This document shows, piece by piece, positions 31,073-40,371 of a stretch of 57,702 nt of DNA; positions within the stretch are counted from its first letter, which is position 1, and each line of letters opens with the position of its first letter. The notes under the pieces are model-generated. The model was not told where the DNA came from. It was given only the letters and a program-made list of their open reading frames with translations, and made no database searches. The position numbers were made by a program, and so were the translations under genes. Where the stretch lies: assembly GCA_031406385.1 (NCBI GenBank), contig JANOHI010000022.1:1-57702 (forward strand), in the 5' to 3' direction. The stretch is from Acidimicrobiia bacterium (GTDB lineage Bacteria > Actinomycetota > Acidimicrobiia > Acidimicrobiales > JANYDT01).

Positions 31073-31531
31073 TCACGGGACAAACTTGACGTTGACCCTC
31101 TCCACCCGACAGGCGGCGACAAGGAGCGGGGACTCCGCTCGTTCGGAGACCACGAGGGTCGCCCTGGTGACGACCGCGGTCGCCAGAGCTTCGAGGGCGA
31201 GGTAGTTCACTCGGTGCGTTTGTACGAGGCCGGCCATCGTCCAGGCCAACTCTCGGCCGGACAGGATCTGGATCTCCGCAGGTAGGTCGAGAAGTCTACG
31301 TACGATCCGGGTTTGCAGGTCTGGCGGGAGGGAGGCGATCGGCCCGCTCAACGCGCCGAGCCGATCGCTACGAACGGCCTGCGCCAGACGGTAGAGCCAG
31401 GTGCCTGTGGTGACGACGGAACGATCTCGAAGTTGCGTTCGGAGGGGTCGCGACACGTCGTCGAGAAGGACGGCCCGCAGGCAACGATCGTCGATCACGA
31501 CCGCCCGATCGGTGCCGATTGGAGCCGGCAT
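31073..31531 (-). CDS. putative PIN-like toxin (divergent; acidic residues partly Glu)
   Basis: This 152-aa protein starts at ATG 31531 (MPAPIGTDRAVVIDDRCL...). It has the PIN-like layout of an N-terminal Asp and a C-terminal LALEALATAVVTRATLVVSE. It sits 16 nt downstream of an AbrB-type antitoxin gene. The family call rests on context and weak motif resemblance only. Confidence 0.45.
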   Translation of the reverse strand: MPAPIGTDRAVVIDDRCLRAVLLDDVSRPLRTQLRDRSVVTTGTWLYRLAQAVRSDRLGALSGPIASLPPDLQTRIVRRLLDLPAEIQILSGRELAWTMAGLVQTHRVNYLALEALATAVVTRATLVVSERAESPLLVAACRVERVNVKFVP

Positions 31532-31547
31532 GTTGTGTGAACGAGTC

Positions 31548-31796
31548 CTACTCGTCACGCAATTCGGCGTCGTCGATCGTGCGCACAAAGTCGTCGTATC
31601 GATCGCCGGTCAGCGCCGCGGCCAACGAACGCTTCGCTGACCGTGCGCCACCCGGCAGGATCACCACGGCGTCGCCAAGGTCGAAGACCTCGACGTCGCC
31701 CCCGTCGACGATGCCCCAGCGATGACGGGCCGATGCGGGAAACGAAAGTTGACCACGACTCGAAACTCGATACGCCTTCTCTTGTACGTTTGTCAT
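31548..31796 (-). CDS. AbrB/MazE/SpoVT-family antitoxin
   Basis: MTNVQEKAYRVSSRGQLSFPASARHRWGIVDGGDVEVFDLGDAVVILP is a SpoVT-AbrB swapped-hairpin motif. Only the last 82 codons of the 311-aa track ORF look real; the rest overlaps the GGT gene antisense. Confidence 0.7.
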   Translation of the reverse strand: MTNVQEKAYRVSSRGQLSFPASARHRWGIVDGGDVEVFDLGDAVVILPGGARSAKRSLAAALTGDRYDDFVRTIDDAELRDE

Positions 31797-31880
31797 GTTA
31801 CAAGGGTATGTCTCTGTTTCCAACGTAGTCAAACATGAACCGCGCCGACCCAACTGGGAGAGCAGGGCAGAATCGGCGGC

Positions 31881-33491
31881 GTGGAGTTCGATCTGCTGGC
31901 ATCGCCCTATCCGCTGAGTCGAAGCTCGCTTCTCGGTCGACGAGGCGCGGTGGCCACCTCGCAGCCGCTTGCCGCCCAAGCTGGACTGCAGGTCCTCCAG
32001 GCCGGTGGGAATGCCATCGACGCAGCCATCACCACGGCTATCGCGCTCACCGTTGTCGAACCGACCTCGAACGGCATCGGGAGCGATGCCTTTGCGCTGG
32101 TGTGGGCCGACGGAACACTGCACGGTCTCAACGCGTCGGGTCGCGCTCCGGCGACGGCGACGATTCCGGCGTTCGCCGCCCGCGGTCACGCCACCGTGCC
32201 CCAACTCGGCTGGGCGCCGGTGACGGTGCCGGGCGCCGTGTCGGCGTGGGTGGCGTTGCACGAACGCTTCGGTCGGCTCCCGTTCGCAGCATTGTTCGAG
32301 CCGGCGATTGCCTTGGCCGAGGACGGGTTCCCGGTGAGCCCCGTCGTTGCTCGATACTGGGGCTTCGCGAAGCGCGACTATCGCAAACGGGCGCTCGGGC
32401 CAGAGTTCGACGGCTGGTTCACCACGTTCGCACCCGGTGACCGAACCCCGGCGGCGGGAGAGTTCGTGACCCTCCCGGATCACGCCACGTCACTTCGATC
32501 GATAGCGGCGTCCACGGGACGGTCGTTCTACGAAGGTGAACTCGCAGAGCGAATCGATACGTTCTCACGCGCCACCGACGGCTTTCTCCGAGCGGAGGAC
32601 CTCGTCGCCCATCGTCCGCAGTGGGTCGAGCCGATCGGGACCGGTTACCGAGGCTGCGACGTGTGGGAGATCCCGCCCAACGGCCACGGCATCAGTGCCC
32701 TAAGCGCGCTGAACATCATCGAAGGGTTCGAGTTCACTCCCGACTCGTTCGATGATCCGTACACATGGCATCTCCAGATCGAGGCGATGAAGCTTGCCTT
32801 CGCCGACGCCGCGGCCTACGTGGCAGACCCTGACGCGGTCGACGTGCCAATCGCCGGAATGATCGACAAGGCGTACGCCGCCAAACGTCGTCTTCTCATC
32901 ACCGACGAGGCGTCGACGCCTGGCCCGGGCGACCCTGCACGGGGCGGAACGGTGTACCTCTGCGCGGCCGACGGTGACGGCAACATGGTCAGCTTCATCC
33001 AGAGCAACTACCAAGGATTCGGCTCGGCAATCGTCGTTCCCGGCACCGGCATTGCCCTACAGAATCGGGGAGCGAACTTCTCCCTCGATCCGTCGCACCC
33101 GAATGCGCTTGCCCCCGGGAAGCGTCCGTATCACACGATCATTCCGGGTTTTTTGACCCGCCACGGCGAGCCCATCGGTCCGTTCGGGGTGATGGGCGGG
33201 ATGATGCAGCCGCAGGGTCACCTGCAGGTGGTGATGCGTACCGTCGACCAACACTTGCATCCGCAAGCGACCCTCGACGCCCCGAGGTGGCGATGGGAGC
33301 AGGGTCGCACGGTGTGGCTAGAGCATCGGACGCCCCCGGCCATCGTTGACGACCTGCGGGCGCGTGGTCACGACGTGAAGATCGTGACCGAACCTTCGGC
33401 GTTCGGCCGTGGCCAGATCATCTGGCGCCATGGCGGAGCACTGCTGGCCGGGTCCGAATCACGCGCCGACGGCCAAGCCCTCGTCTGGTGA
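31881..33491 (+). CDS. gamma-glutamyltransferase-family protein
   Basis: The 536-aa protein has the N-terminal GGNAIDAAITTAIALTVVEPTSNGIGSD, the autoprocessing region GGTVYLCAADGDGNMVSFIQSNY, and GVMGGMMQPQGH. Confidence 0.9.
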   Translation: MEFDLLASPYPLSRSSLLGRRGAVATSQPLAAQAGLQVLQAGGNAIDAAITTAIALTVVEPTSNGIGSDAFALVWADGTLHGLNASGRAPATATIPAFAARGHATVPQLGWAPVTVPGAVSAWVALHERFGRLPFAALFEPAIALAEDGFPVSPVVARYWGFAKRDYRKRALGPEFDGWFTTFAPGDRTPAAGEFVTLPDHATSLRSIAASTGRSFYEGELAERIDTFSRATDGFLRAEDLVAHRPQWVEPIGTGYRGCDVWEIPPNGHGISALSALNIIEGFEFTPDSFDDPYTWHLQIEAMKLAFADAAAYVADPDAVDVPIAGMIDKAYAAKRRLLITDEASTPGPGDPARGGTVYLCAADGDGNMVSFIQSNYQGFGSAIVVPGTGIALQNRGANFSLDPSHPNALAPGKRPYHTIIPGFLTRHGEPIGPFGVMGGMMQPQGHLQVVMRTVDQHLHPQATLDAPRWRWEQGRTVWLEHRTPPAIVDDLRARGHDVKIVTEPSAFGRGQIIWRHGGALLAGSESRADGQALVW

Positions 33492-33695
33492 CCCCTTGGC
33501 GACCCGGATCTCGCAACGACCTGATGACGACCGTTGTCGTCGACGACCACCTGCTCCGAGATATTGACTGGCGCGCGGCCGGCGGATCTCGGGGGAATCG
33601 CGACCACTCTGGCGACAACCGGACTCTGGTTGTTTCGACTCTCCGGTTCGTGGGCAGCACCGAAGCGACGTGAAATCTGATTCTGACTTCTCGTG

Positions 33696-33735
33696 CCTCA
33701 GGGTGCATCTCGTTGCGCAGGGAGCAACGAGGCGC
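33696..33735. promoter_or_regulatory. 40-nt conserved palindromic element, copy B (CTCGTTGC-N7-GCAACGAG core)
   Basis: cctcagggtgcatctcgttgcgcagggagcaacgaggcgc lies about 105 nt upstream of the acyl-CoA synthetase start. It is embedded in a possible three-stem fold spanning 33701-33780. Confidence 0.5.
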
Positions 33736-33839
33736 TCGGGAGCCTGGGTGGACGAGCGCTTCGTCTCGGCTGATGCGCCCTTGTAGGGTGACCGGCAAGT
33801 GCACGCGTCCGTCGTCGTTCGCCCTGAGGAGGAACCGCT

Positions 33840-35462
33840 GTGACCACCGGATTGAGCGAGAGTTGGGCCACGTTGTGGGAGGCGCTTGCCGATCAACAGC
33901 CTGACCACACGGCCGTGGTGGTGGGGCAGCGGGCAGTGTCGTGGCGTGAGCTTGACGACTCCGGCGCTCGGCTCGCCGGTTACTTCGCGGCGAACGGCGT
34001 CGGTCACAACACCAAGGTGGCGCAGCTTCTCTACAACTGCCCCGAATACCTCATCACCGTGTACGCCGCTTTCAAGCAGCGCGCCACACCGGTGAACGTG
34101 AACTACCGGTACCTCGCCGACGAAATCGTCTACGTGCTCGACAACGCCGACGCCGAGGTGCTCGTCTTCCACGGTGCGATGGCCGACCGCGTCGCTGCGG
34201 CCCGGGCACGTCTGCCGAAACTGAGATTGCTGCTCCAGGTCGATGACGGTGCGCCACTCCTCGAAGGCGCCACCTTCTTCCACGACGTGCTCGCCCAGTT
34301 CGAACCGGCGCCGAGGATCGAGCGCAGTGGCGAGGACGTCCTCTTCCTCTACACCGGTGGCACGACCGGGATGCCCAAGGCCGTGATGTGGCGCCACGTC
34401 GATCTGTGGGGAGCACTCGCATCGACGGGCTACCTCGCGGCCGGGCTGGAGCTGCCGACCACGCCGCAACAGGTCGGCGAAACGGCGGCGATGCTGCAGG
34501 CCGCGGGACGCAGCCCGGTGAACCTGTGCGCCCCGCCCCTCATGCACGGAACCGCGCTCTTCCTGGCGATCGGTGCGTTCGTGATGGGCGGCAGCGTCGT
34601 ACTGCTCGGCAACCGCGGTTTCGATGCGAACGAGTTGCTGGGACTTATCGAGCAGCGCGGCGTCACCCAGCTCTCCATCGTCGGCGACGCCTTCGCCCGA
34701 CCGATCGTCGCCGCGCTCGACGCCGGGAGCTATGACCTCTCTTCACTCCAGCGCATCGTCTCGACCGGGGCGACGCTCAGCTCGGAACTCAAGGTCGGCA
34801 TCCAGCGGGCTGCGCCGAACGCGCTCATCATGGACATGATCGGCGCCAGCGAAGGCGGACCGTTCGCGCTCTGCATCACGCCGCCCGGAACGAAACCGGC
34901 CGAGACCGCAGTCTTCACCGCGCCGCCGAACGCCGTCACCCTGGATGATGACGGTCATGTGATCGCGCGGGGGAGTGGCAAGCCGGGCATGCTCGCCGTG
35001 AGTGGACCGATGCCGGTTGGTTACTACAAGGATGAAGCCAAGTCCGCAGCGACATTCCGGTTTGTCGACGGTGTGCGTTACACCGTTCCCGGGGATTTCG
35101 CCATCATCGACGAAGACGGCACCGTGCACCTGCTCGGCCGTGGTTCGGTGTGCATCAACACCGGCGGCGAGAAGGTCTATCCCGAAGAGGTTGAGGTCGC
35201 GGCGCGCAGCCATCCCGGCGTGCTCGACGCCAACGCCATCGGTCTTCCCGACGAACGCTTCGGCGAGATCGTCGTGTTGGTGGCGTCACGGACACCGGGT
35301 TCGACGGTGGCCGACGACGAGCTCATCGCCCACATCCGCACCCAGATCGCGCCGTACAAGGCACCGAAGCGGAACGTGGGGTTCGACGCTGTGAATCGCA
35401 GCCCTAGCGGGAAGACCGACTACCGCTGGGCGAAGCAAGCCGGCTCGGCAGCGGCGCGGTAG
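33840..35462 (+). CDS. AMP-dependent acyl-CoA synthetase/ligase
   Basis: The AMP-binding motif is LYTGGTTGMPKAV and the C-terminal motifs are GDFAIIDEDG and GGEKVYPEEVE. It has a GTG start preceded by GAGGAGG. Confidence 0.9.
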   Translation: MTTGLSESWATLWEALADQQPDHTAVVVGQRAVSWRELDDSGARLAGYFAANGVGHNTKVAQLLYNCPEYLITVYAAFKQRATPVNVNYRYLADEIVYVLDNADAEVLVFHGAMADRVAAARARLPKLRLLLQVDDGAPLLEGATFFHDVLAQFEPAPRIERSGEDVLFLYTGGTTGMPKAVMWRHVDLWGALASTGYLAAGLELPTTPQQVGETAAMLQAAGRSPVNLCAPPLMHGTALFLAIGAFVMGGSVVLLGNRGFDANELLGLIEQRGVTQLSIVGDAFARPIVAALDAGSYDLSSLQRIVSTGATLSSELKVGIQRAAPNALIMDMIGASEGGPFALCITPPGTKPAETAVFTAPPNAVTLDDDGHVIARGSGKPGMLAVSGPMPVGYYKDEAKSAATFRFVDGVRYTVPGDFAIIDEDGTVHLLGRGSVCINTGGEKVYPEEVEVAARSHPGVLDANAIGLPDERFGEIVVLVASRTPGSTVADDELIAHIRTQIAPYKAPKRNVGFDAVNRSPSGKTDYRWAKQAGSAAAR

Positions 35463-35684
35463 CCAGCTTGGCGGAGCCGCTTCGCCGCAGGGCCGCGCCG
35501 CCGCCCGACGTTCTCCACGCGCAGATCGCCCGTCTCGGCGCGCACGTCGGCCCTTTCCGGGCGATTTTGGCCTCACGAGGCCTGATCTGCGCGTGAAATC
35601 GGTCGATCTGCGCGTCCAGCGGTTGACGGGCCTGGCGCGTTCCGCAGGGGACGGCTGTCACAGGGGCTGTGTGACGATGGCGGG

Positions 35685-37067
35685 GTGGGAACGAACAGTC
35701 AGCAACGTCGAGACGCCAAGCGGCGAAAAGCACGCGCGCAGATGAAATCGAAGAGCCAGTCGAGCGATCGGATTGCATCGCCGCATCGGTCGGTCCATGA
35801 CGGTGGCGTTCCGACGGCGGAGCTCGTCGACCAACTCATCACGGCAGCGATCGGCGCATCGATGGCAGGAGACGATGCACTCCTCACCCGCTGGTGCGAC
35901 GCGCTCGAAGCTCTTGCGCTCACCCAGCCCGACGAAACGCTTGCCGTGCTGCGAGCTCGGCTCACGAGCGCCGTGTCGTCGATGTGGACGTTCGGCTGGC
36001 AGCCGCTCGACCTCGTGCACGTGCTTTTGCATCGAACGGCGGCGACGCATCGAAGCGTGCTGGTGGCCGCCATCGTTGCCGAGCATGCTGCGCTGGTCGC
36101 GGCGGGCCGTGGCGCCAACGTTGATCCCCGGTGGTCGGCGCAGCTCGACCGGATCAACGCAGTGTCCGAGCCGGAGAGCACGATGACCCGCCTCTTCGCA
36201 GCGACCGGAGCCGACGACCCTGCCAAGCTCACGGCCGAGGTCGGCTTCGTGGTCGATCTGCTTGCGTTGCTCGTCACCCTGCCGAGACTCGAGCGACTCA
36301 TGCCCCCACCGGGTGAGGCCCACGCAACGACGCCACGCGCGAACCCGAGGGCACCGTCGTCCCACCTCGACGCGAAGGTGCTTGCCCGCGTCCGCGCCCT
36401 GCTGGCAAAGGCCGAGTCGACCACGTTCGACGAAGAGGCCGACGCCCTCACCTCGAAGGCCCAGGAGCTCATGGCCCGCCACGCCATCGACCTCGCCATG
36501 CTCGACGCTTCAGCGCCGAACCACGGAGCGCCCGTGGCGCGGCGGATCCATCTCGACGATCCCTATGTCGACGCGAAGTCGACGCTCCTCTCCGTCGTGG
36601 CCACGGAGAACCGGTGTCGTTCGGTGTTCACCCCGGGCTTCGGGTTCTCCACGGTGTTCGGCTTCGACGCCGACATCGACATCGTCGAGCTGCTGTTCAC
36701 CTCGCTGCTCACCCAGGCCACCTCGTCGATGGTCGCAGCCGACAAACAGGTCGACCGCAACGGCAGGTCCCGCACCCGGTCGTTCCGCCAGTCGTTCCTC
36801 GTCGCGTTCGCGTATCGGATCGGTGAACGGCTCCGCGAGGCGAACGAAGCCGCGGCCAGCCAAGCCGCGGAGGATCTCGGCGACGCGTTCCTTCCGGTGC
36901 TCGCCACCCGGGCGGTGCAGGTCGAATCGCTCGCCACCGAGATCTTCCCGAAGACGCGGTCGAAACGCAGCGCCGTCTCCAACGCCGACGGCTGGCACGC
37001 CGGGCGCGTCGCCGCCGACAAGGCATCCATCCGCCCACCCGGCTCGCTTCCACGCTCTCGCGGATAG
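35685..37067 (+). CDS. DUF2786-domain protein
   Basis: The central block KVLARVRALLAKAESTTFDEEADALTSKAQELMARHAIDL matches the DUF2786 signature. Alternative-frame ORFs over this region are Arg/Pro/Ser-rich junk. Confidence 0.7.
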   Translation: MGTNSQQRRDAKRRKARAQMKSKSQSSDRIASPHRSVHDGGVPTAELVDQLITAAIGASMAGDDALLTRWCDALEALALTQPDETLAVLRARLTSAVSSMWTFGWQPLDLVHVLLHRTAATHRSVLVAAIVAEHAALVAAGRGANVDPRWSAQLDRINAVSEPESTMTRLFAATGADDPAKLTAEVGFVVDLLALLVTLPRLERLMPPPGEAHATTPRANPRAPSSHLDAKVLARVRALLAKAESTTFDEEADALTSKAQELMARHAIDLAMLDASAPNHGAPVARRIHLDDPYVDAKSTLLSVVATENRCRSVFTPGFGFSTVFGFDADIDIVELLFTSLLTQATSSMVAADKQVDRNGRSRTRSFRQSFLVAFAYRIGERLREANEAAASQAAEDLGDAFLPVLATRAVQVESLATEIFPKTRSKRSAVSNADGWHAGRVAADKASIRPPGSLPRSRG

Positions 37068-37328
37068 AGGGTGTTCTCCGTGGCGCCGGTCTGGCTCGGT
37101 GAGCGGCGGACCAGCTACCTCCTCACCTCCTCCCGCCAAGAGAGCGTGCTGGCCCGAACAGGGTGTCGGCATCCCGGACCCGCTAACTCGGCATCCCACA
37201 TACGTCGATTCCGCGTGGCAGGTTCGAGAAAACAGGGCGTGTGGGATGCCGCAGTGGGGGTGTGGGATTCCCGGCGCTGCCACGCAGCTCAAGCCGTCGC
37301 TCGACGCGCGCCGTGGTTGACTGCACCC

Positions 37329-38099
37329 ATGGAGCCAACTGCTGTCCCTCCCGTGTCGTCGCTGCTCGACCTGACCGGTCGGGTCGCGCTCGTGACGGGG
37401 GCGAGTGGGAACATCGGTGCCGGAATCGCTCGTCGACTCCACGAGGCCGGCGCCCTCGTGGCCCTGCATGCAGGTCGGAACCGGGCGTCAGCCGACTCGC
37501 TGGCCGCGGAACTGGCCGAACGGGTGACCGTCATTCAGGGGGACGTCGAGCGCGATGCCGATCGGCTCTGCGACGAGACGATCGCCGCATTGGGGCGGCT
37601 CGACATCGTGGTGAACAACGCCGGCATCCAACCCGTTGCGCCCTTCATGGATCTCACGGCGCACGATCGTTCCGAGATGCTCCGCATCAACGTCGGAGGC
37701 GTCATGGCGATGACCCACGGTGCGGCGGCGCGGATGCCCGACGGGGGCTGCGTCGTCAACATCGCCTCGATCGAGGGACTGCAGCCGGCGTTCATGCACA
37801 GCCATTACACGACGTCGAAGGCGGCGGTGCTCATGCACACCCGCGCCGCTGCGCTGGAGCTCGGCGCCCAGGGCATTCGAGTGAACGCCGTTGCCCCCGG
37901 GCTCATTCACGTGGACGGCATCGAGGACGGTTGGCCCGAAGGCGTTGCCCGCTGGCACGCGGCCGCACCCCTTCATCGTCTCGGGGAGCCGAGCGACATC
38001 GGCGACGCCGTGCTCTTCCTCGCGTCGCCCATGGCGCGGTGGATCACCGGCGCGACGTTGGTGGTCGACGGGGGAGTGCTCACCCACAACACTTGGTGA
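37329..38099 (+). CDS. SDR-family oxidoreductase
   Basis: Motifs: LVTGASGNIGAGI, NNAG, YTTSKAAV. I use the ATG at 37329 (MEPTAVPP...). The track start at 37071 adds 86 non-protein-like codons across a structured intergenic region. Confidence 0.88.
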   Translation: MEPTAVPPVSSLLDLTGRVALVTGASGNIGAGIARRLHEAGALVALHAGRNRASADSLAAELAERVTVIQGDVERDADRLCDETIAALGRLDIVVNNAGIQPVAPFMDLTAHDRSEMLRINVGGVMAMTHGAAARMPDGGCVVNIASIEGLQPAFMHSHYTTSKAAVLMHTRAAALELGAQGIRVNAVAPGLIHVDGIEDGWPEGVARWHAAAPLHRLGEPSDIGDAVLFLASPMARWITGATLVVDGGVLTHNTW

Positions 38100-38170
38100 C
38101 GCCCGCGCCATCCAGCGGCGGTGCTGCGCCTTTTCACTGCGCTCCGACTCTCGCAGCGGCGGGGGCGTGA

Positions 38171-38791
38171 TCAGCGGCGGGCGACGAGCATGACCGACTC
38201 TGCCGGGCCGCCCCGGCGGATCGGCTCCAACACGTCGAACACCATCGCAAAGCCGAGAGCCCGCAGCGCGTCCCGGAACGATGCAGCTAACGCCTCGGCG
38301 ATCACCCATGCCACGACGGCATGTTCGGCGAGCACCTCGACGATCCGCGGCACTGCGGTGGCGTCGACGTGACCACTTGTGAACGTGCCGGCGGAGATCG
38401 ACGCGGCGTAACGTTCAGCGCCGGCGTGATCGTCGACCGCAGCGAACGGCTTCGTCAGGTCGACCACACGTAGGGCACGGTACGACCCCCGTCGAGCCGC
38501 GACTTCGAGCATCTCGGGCGAGATGTCCCAGCCGTCGATGGTGGTGAACCCATGATCACGGAGACGAGCGGCCACTACCCCGGTGCCGGATCCGAGGTCG
38601 AGCACGGGTGCGTCGAGATCCGCGTGGTGTGAGGCGAGGAGGTCAGCAATACGCGATGAGCCGATGACACCGAGCGTGTCGAACACATCACGGTCGTAGC
38701 TCTCGGCCCAATCGCGGTAGAGAGCGACGGCGTCGTCGGCCGACCGCAACGAGCGAGCCCTGGCGACAAGGTCATCGGCGCGGTCAGTCAT
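38171..38791 (-). CDS. class I SAM-dependent methyltransferase
   Basis: Motif I is VLDLGSGTGVVAARL. I use the ATG at 38791 (MTDRADDL...); the track start is 39052. Confidence 0.8.
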   Translation of the reverse strand: MTDRADDLVARARSLRSADDAVALYRDWAESYDRDVFDTLGVIGSSRIADLLASHHADLDAPVLDLGSGTGVVAARLRDHGFTTIDGWDISPEMLEVAARRGSYRALRVVDLTKPFAAVDDHAGAERYAASISAGTFTSGHVDATAVPRIVEVLAEHAVVAWVIAEALAASFRDALRALGFAMVFDVLEPIRRGGPAESVMLVARR

Positions 38792-38902
38792 ACTCGTTCC
38801 GATTTTAACAACGGATGATGCCGGCCTGGCGTCGGTCCCGTGTTCGAATACGTGCTGAGCTGTCACTTGCCCGTCCCGTGACATCAACCGAGGGGTTGGA
38901 AC

Positions 38903-39220
38903 ATGTCTGCATACATCATCGCCGACGTCGAGGTTCATGACCCGGTGGCCTACGAGCCCTACCGGACGATGGCGGCCGCCGCGATAGCCGAACACGGCGG
39001 GCGTTACCTCGCCCGGGGCGGCGAGGTCGAAGTGCGCGAGGGAACCTGGCACCCGCGCCGGACCGTCATCCTGGAGTTCGAGGACTTCGAGAAAGCGAAG
39101 GCGTTCTACGAGTCCGACGACTACGCCCCTGCGCTCGCGCTCCGAAAGACCATCGCGACGACGAACCTGGTGATCGTCGACGGCTATACGCCGCCGAACG
39201 ATGCGGCGGTGACGTCATGA
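38903..39220 (+). CDS. DUF1330-domain protein
   Basis: The 105-aa protein MSAYIIADVEVHDPVAYEPYR...GGRYLARGG...ILEFEDFEKAKAFYESDDY is typical of DUF1330. Confidence 0.8.
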   Translation: MSAYIIADVEVHDPVAYEPYRTMAAAAIAEHGGRYLARGGEVEVREGTWHPRRTVILEFEDFEKAKAFYESDDYAPALALRKTIATTNLVIVDGYTPPNDAAVTS

Positions 39221-40143
39221 CCGTGAGGGTGAAGGACATCGCGTTCGTCCGGTTCCGCGCTCCCGACCTCGACGTGATGGAAGCGTTCCTCACGGAGTTC
39301 GGCATGCAGCGTTCGGGCCGCGACGACTCGACGCTGTATATGCGGGGGAGCAACGACGAAGGGTTCGTCCATGTGACCCATCTCGGTGACGAACCGGGCT
39401 TCATCGGCTTCGCATTCGAAGCGGCGAGCGAGGACGAGTTGTCCGAGTTGGCGACCCTGGACGGCTTCTCGCCCGTCGGTGATCTGGGCGGGCCGAGCGG
39501 CGGTCGCGTCGTTTGCACCACTGATCCCAACGGGTTCCAGGTCGAGGTCGTCGCCGAACGCGGGACGGTCGGTCGGCTCTCTCTTCCCAGCGCGTCGCCG
39601 CGTAACGACGCCACGGATCGAGTCCGGGTCGGTGCGCCGGTTCGGCTCCCATCCGGTCCGTCTCATGTGCAGCGGCTCGGGCACTGTGTGCTCGACGTGC
39701 TCGACTTCCGGGTCAGTGAGGCCTGGTACAAAGATCGCTTCGGGCTGGTGACCTCCGACGAGATCGCGCTCGACGAACGCACCGCGCTTGGCGCGTTCCT
39801 GCGGTGCGACCAGGGTGAGCGGCACGTGGACCATCACACGCTGTTCCTCGTCGGTATCGGTCGGGCACGGTTCAATCACGCGGCGTTCGAGGTTGCCGGT
39901 TTCGACGATCTGATGAGCGGCCACACCCACCTGAAGGCGAACGACCGCACGCCCCAGTGGGGAATCGGCCGTCACCTGCTCGGCAGTCAGATCTACGACT
40001 ACTGGCTCGACCCGCACGGCCACATGCTCGAACACTGGACCGACGGTGATCTGTTCAACAACGAAACCCCTCCGAACGTCGCCGGCCTCGGCGACCTACT
40101 CGCCTCGCAGTGGGGACCAACCCACGGCGGCCCTCCGGCCTGA
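39217..40143 (+). CDS. VOC-superfamily protein, extradiol ring-cleavage dioxygenase-like
   Basis: It has a two-module VOC layout. Candidate metal ligands are spaced as in type I extradiol dioxygenases: LGHCVL, HHTLF/NHAAFE and MLEHWTDGD. An ATGA overlap joins it to the DUF1330 gene. Confidence 0.72.
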   Translation: MTVRVKDIAFVRFRAPDLDVMEAFLTEFGMQRSGRDDSTLYMRGSNDEGFVHVTHLGDEPGFIGFAFEAASEDELSELATLDGFSPVGDLGGPSGGRVVCTTDPNGFQVEVVAERGTVGRLSLPSASPRNDATDRVRVGAPVRLPSGPSHVQRLGHCVLDVLDFRVSEAWYKDRFGLVTSDEIALDERTALGAFLRCDQGERHVDHHTLFLVGIGRARFNHAAFEVAGFDDLMSGHTHLKANDRTPQWGIGRHLLGSQIYDYWLDPHGHMLEHWTDGDLFNNETPPNVAGLGDLLASQWGPTHGGPPA

Positions 40144-40371
40144 CCAACACCAACGCCGCGTGACGTCGGCCACCGGGCGAATGCGGCTCAGCCCCAGGCG
40201 CCTGGCACCGGATGCGCGTTCCAGGTTTCCGTGATCTTGCCGTGTGCTCGGCCGAAGGATTCGCTCGTGCCACCTGTCCCCATGCGAAATCAGATCTCGC
40301 AGGGCTAACGGGGCGGCTCCCGTTGACCCGGTGATCTGCGAGGCTGGACGTTCTGGTGGCAAGGGTCCGGG

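Noticed and set aside
31797-32483. Upstream 229 codons of the 311-aa minus-strand ORF 31548-32483.
   Set aside because: This part overlaps the well-supported GGT gene antisense and is Arg/Gly-rich. Only the last 82 codons form a recognisable AbrB-type antitoxin with its own ATG.
36262-37320. 352-aa alternative-frame ORF (+), and 36510-37469 (-), across the DUF2786 gene.
   Set aside because: They have extreme Arg/Pro/Ser composition and no motifs. The 35685-37067 frame contains the DUF2786 signature.
40286-40342. GATCT-containing inverted heptamers (CTCGCAG / CTGCGAG) upstream of the class-V PLP enzyme gene, superficially similar to the GATCTGCGCG motifs at 35.5 kb.
   Set aside because: Only 7 bp pair and the shared part is about 8 nt. 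This is too short to distinguish from chance in GC-rich DNA without genome-wide statistics.
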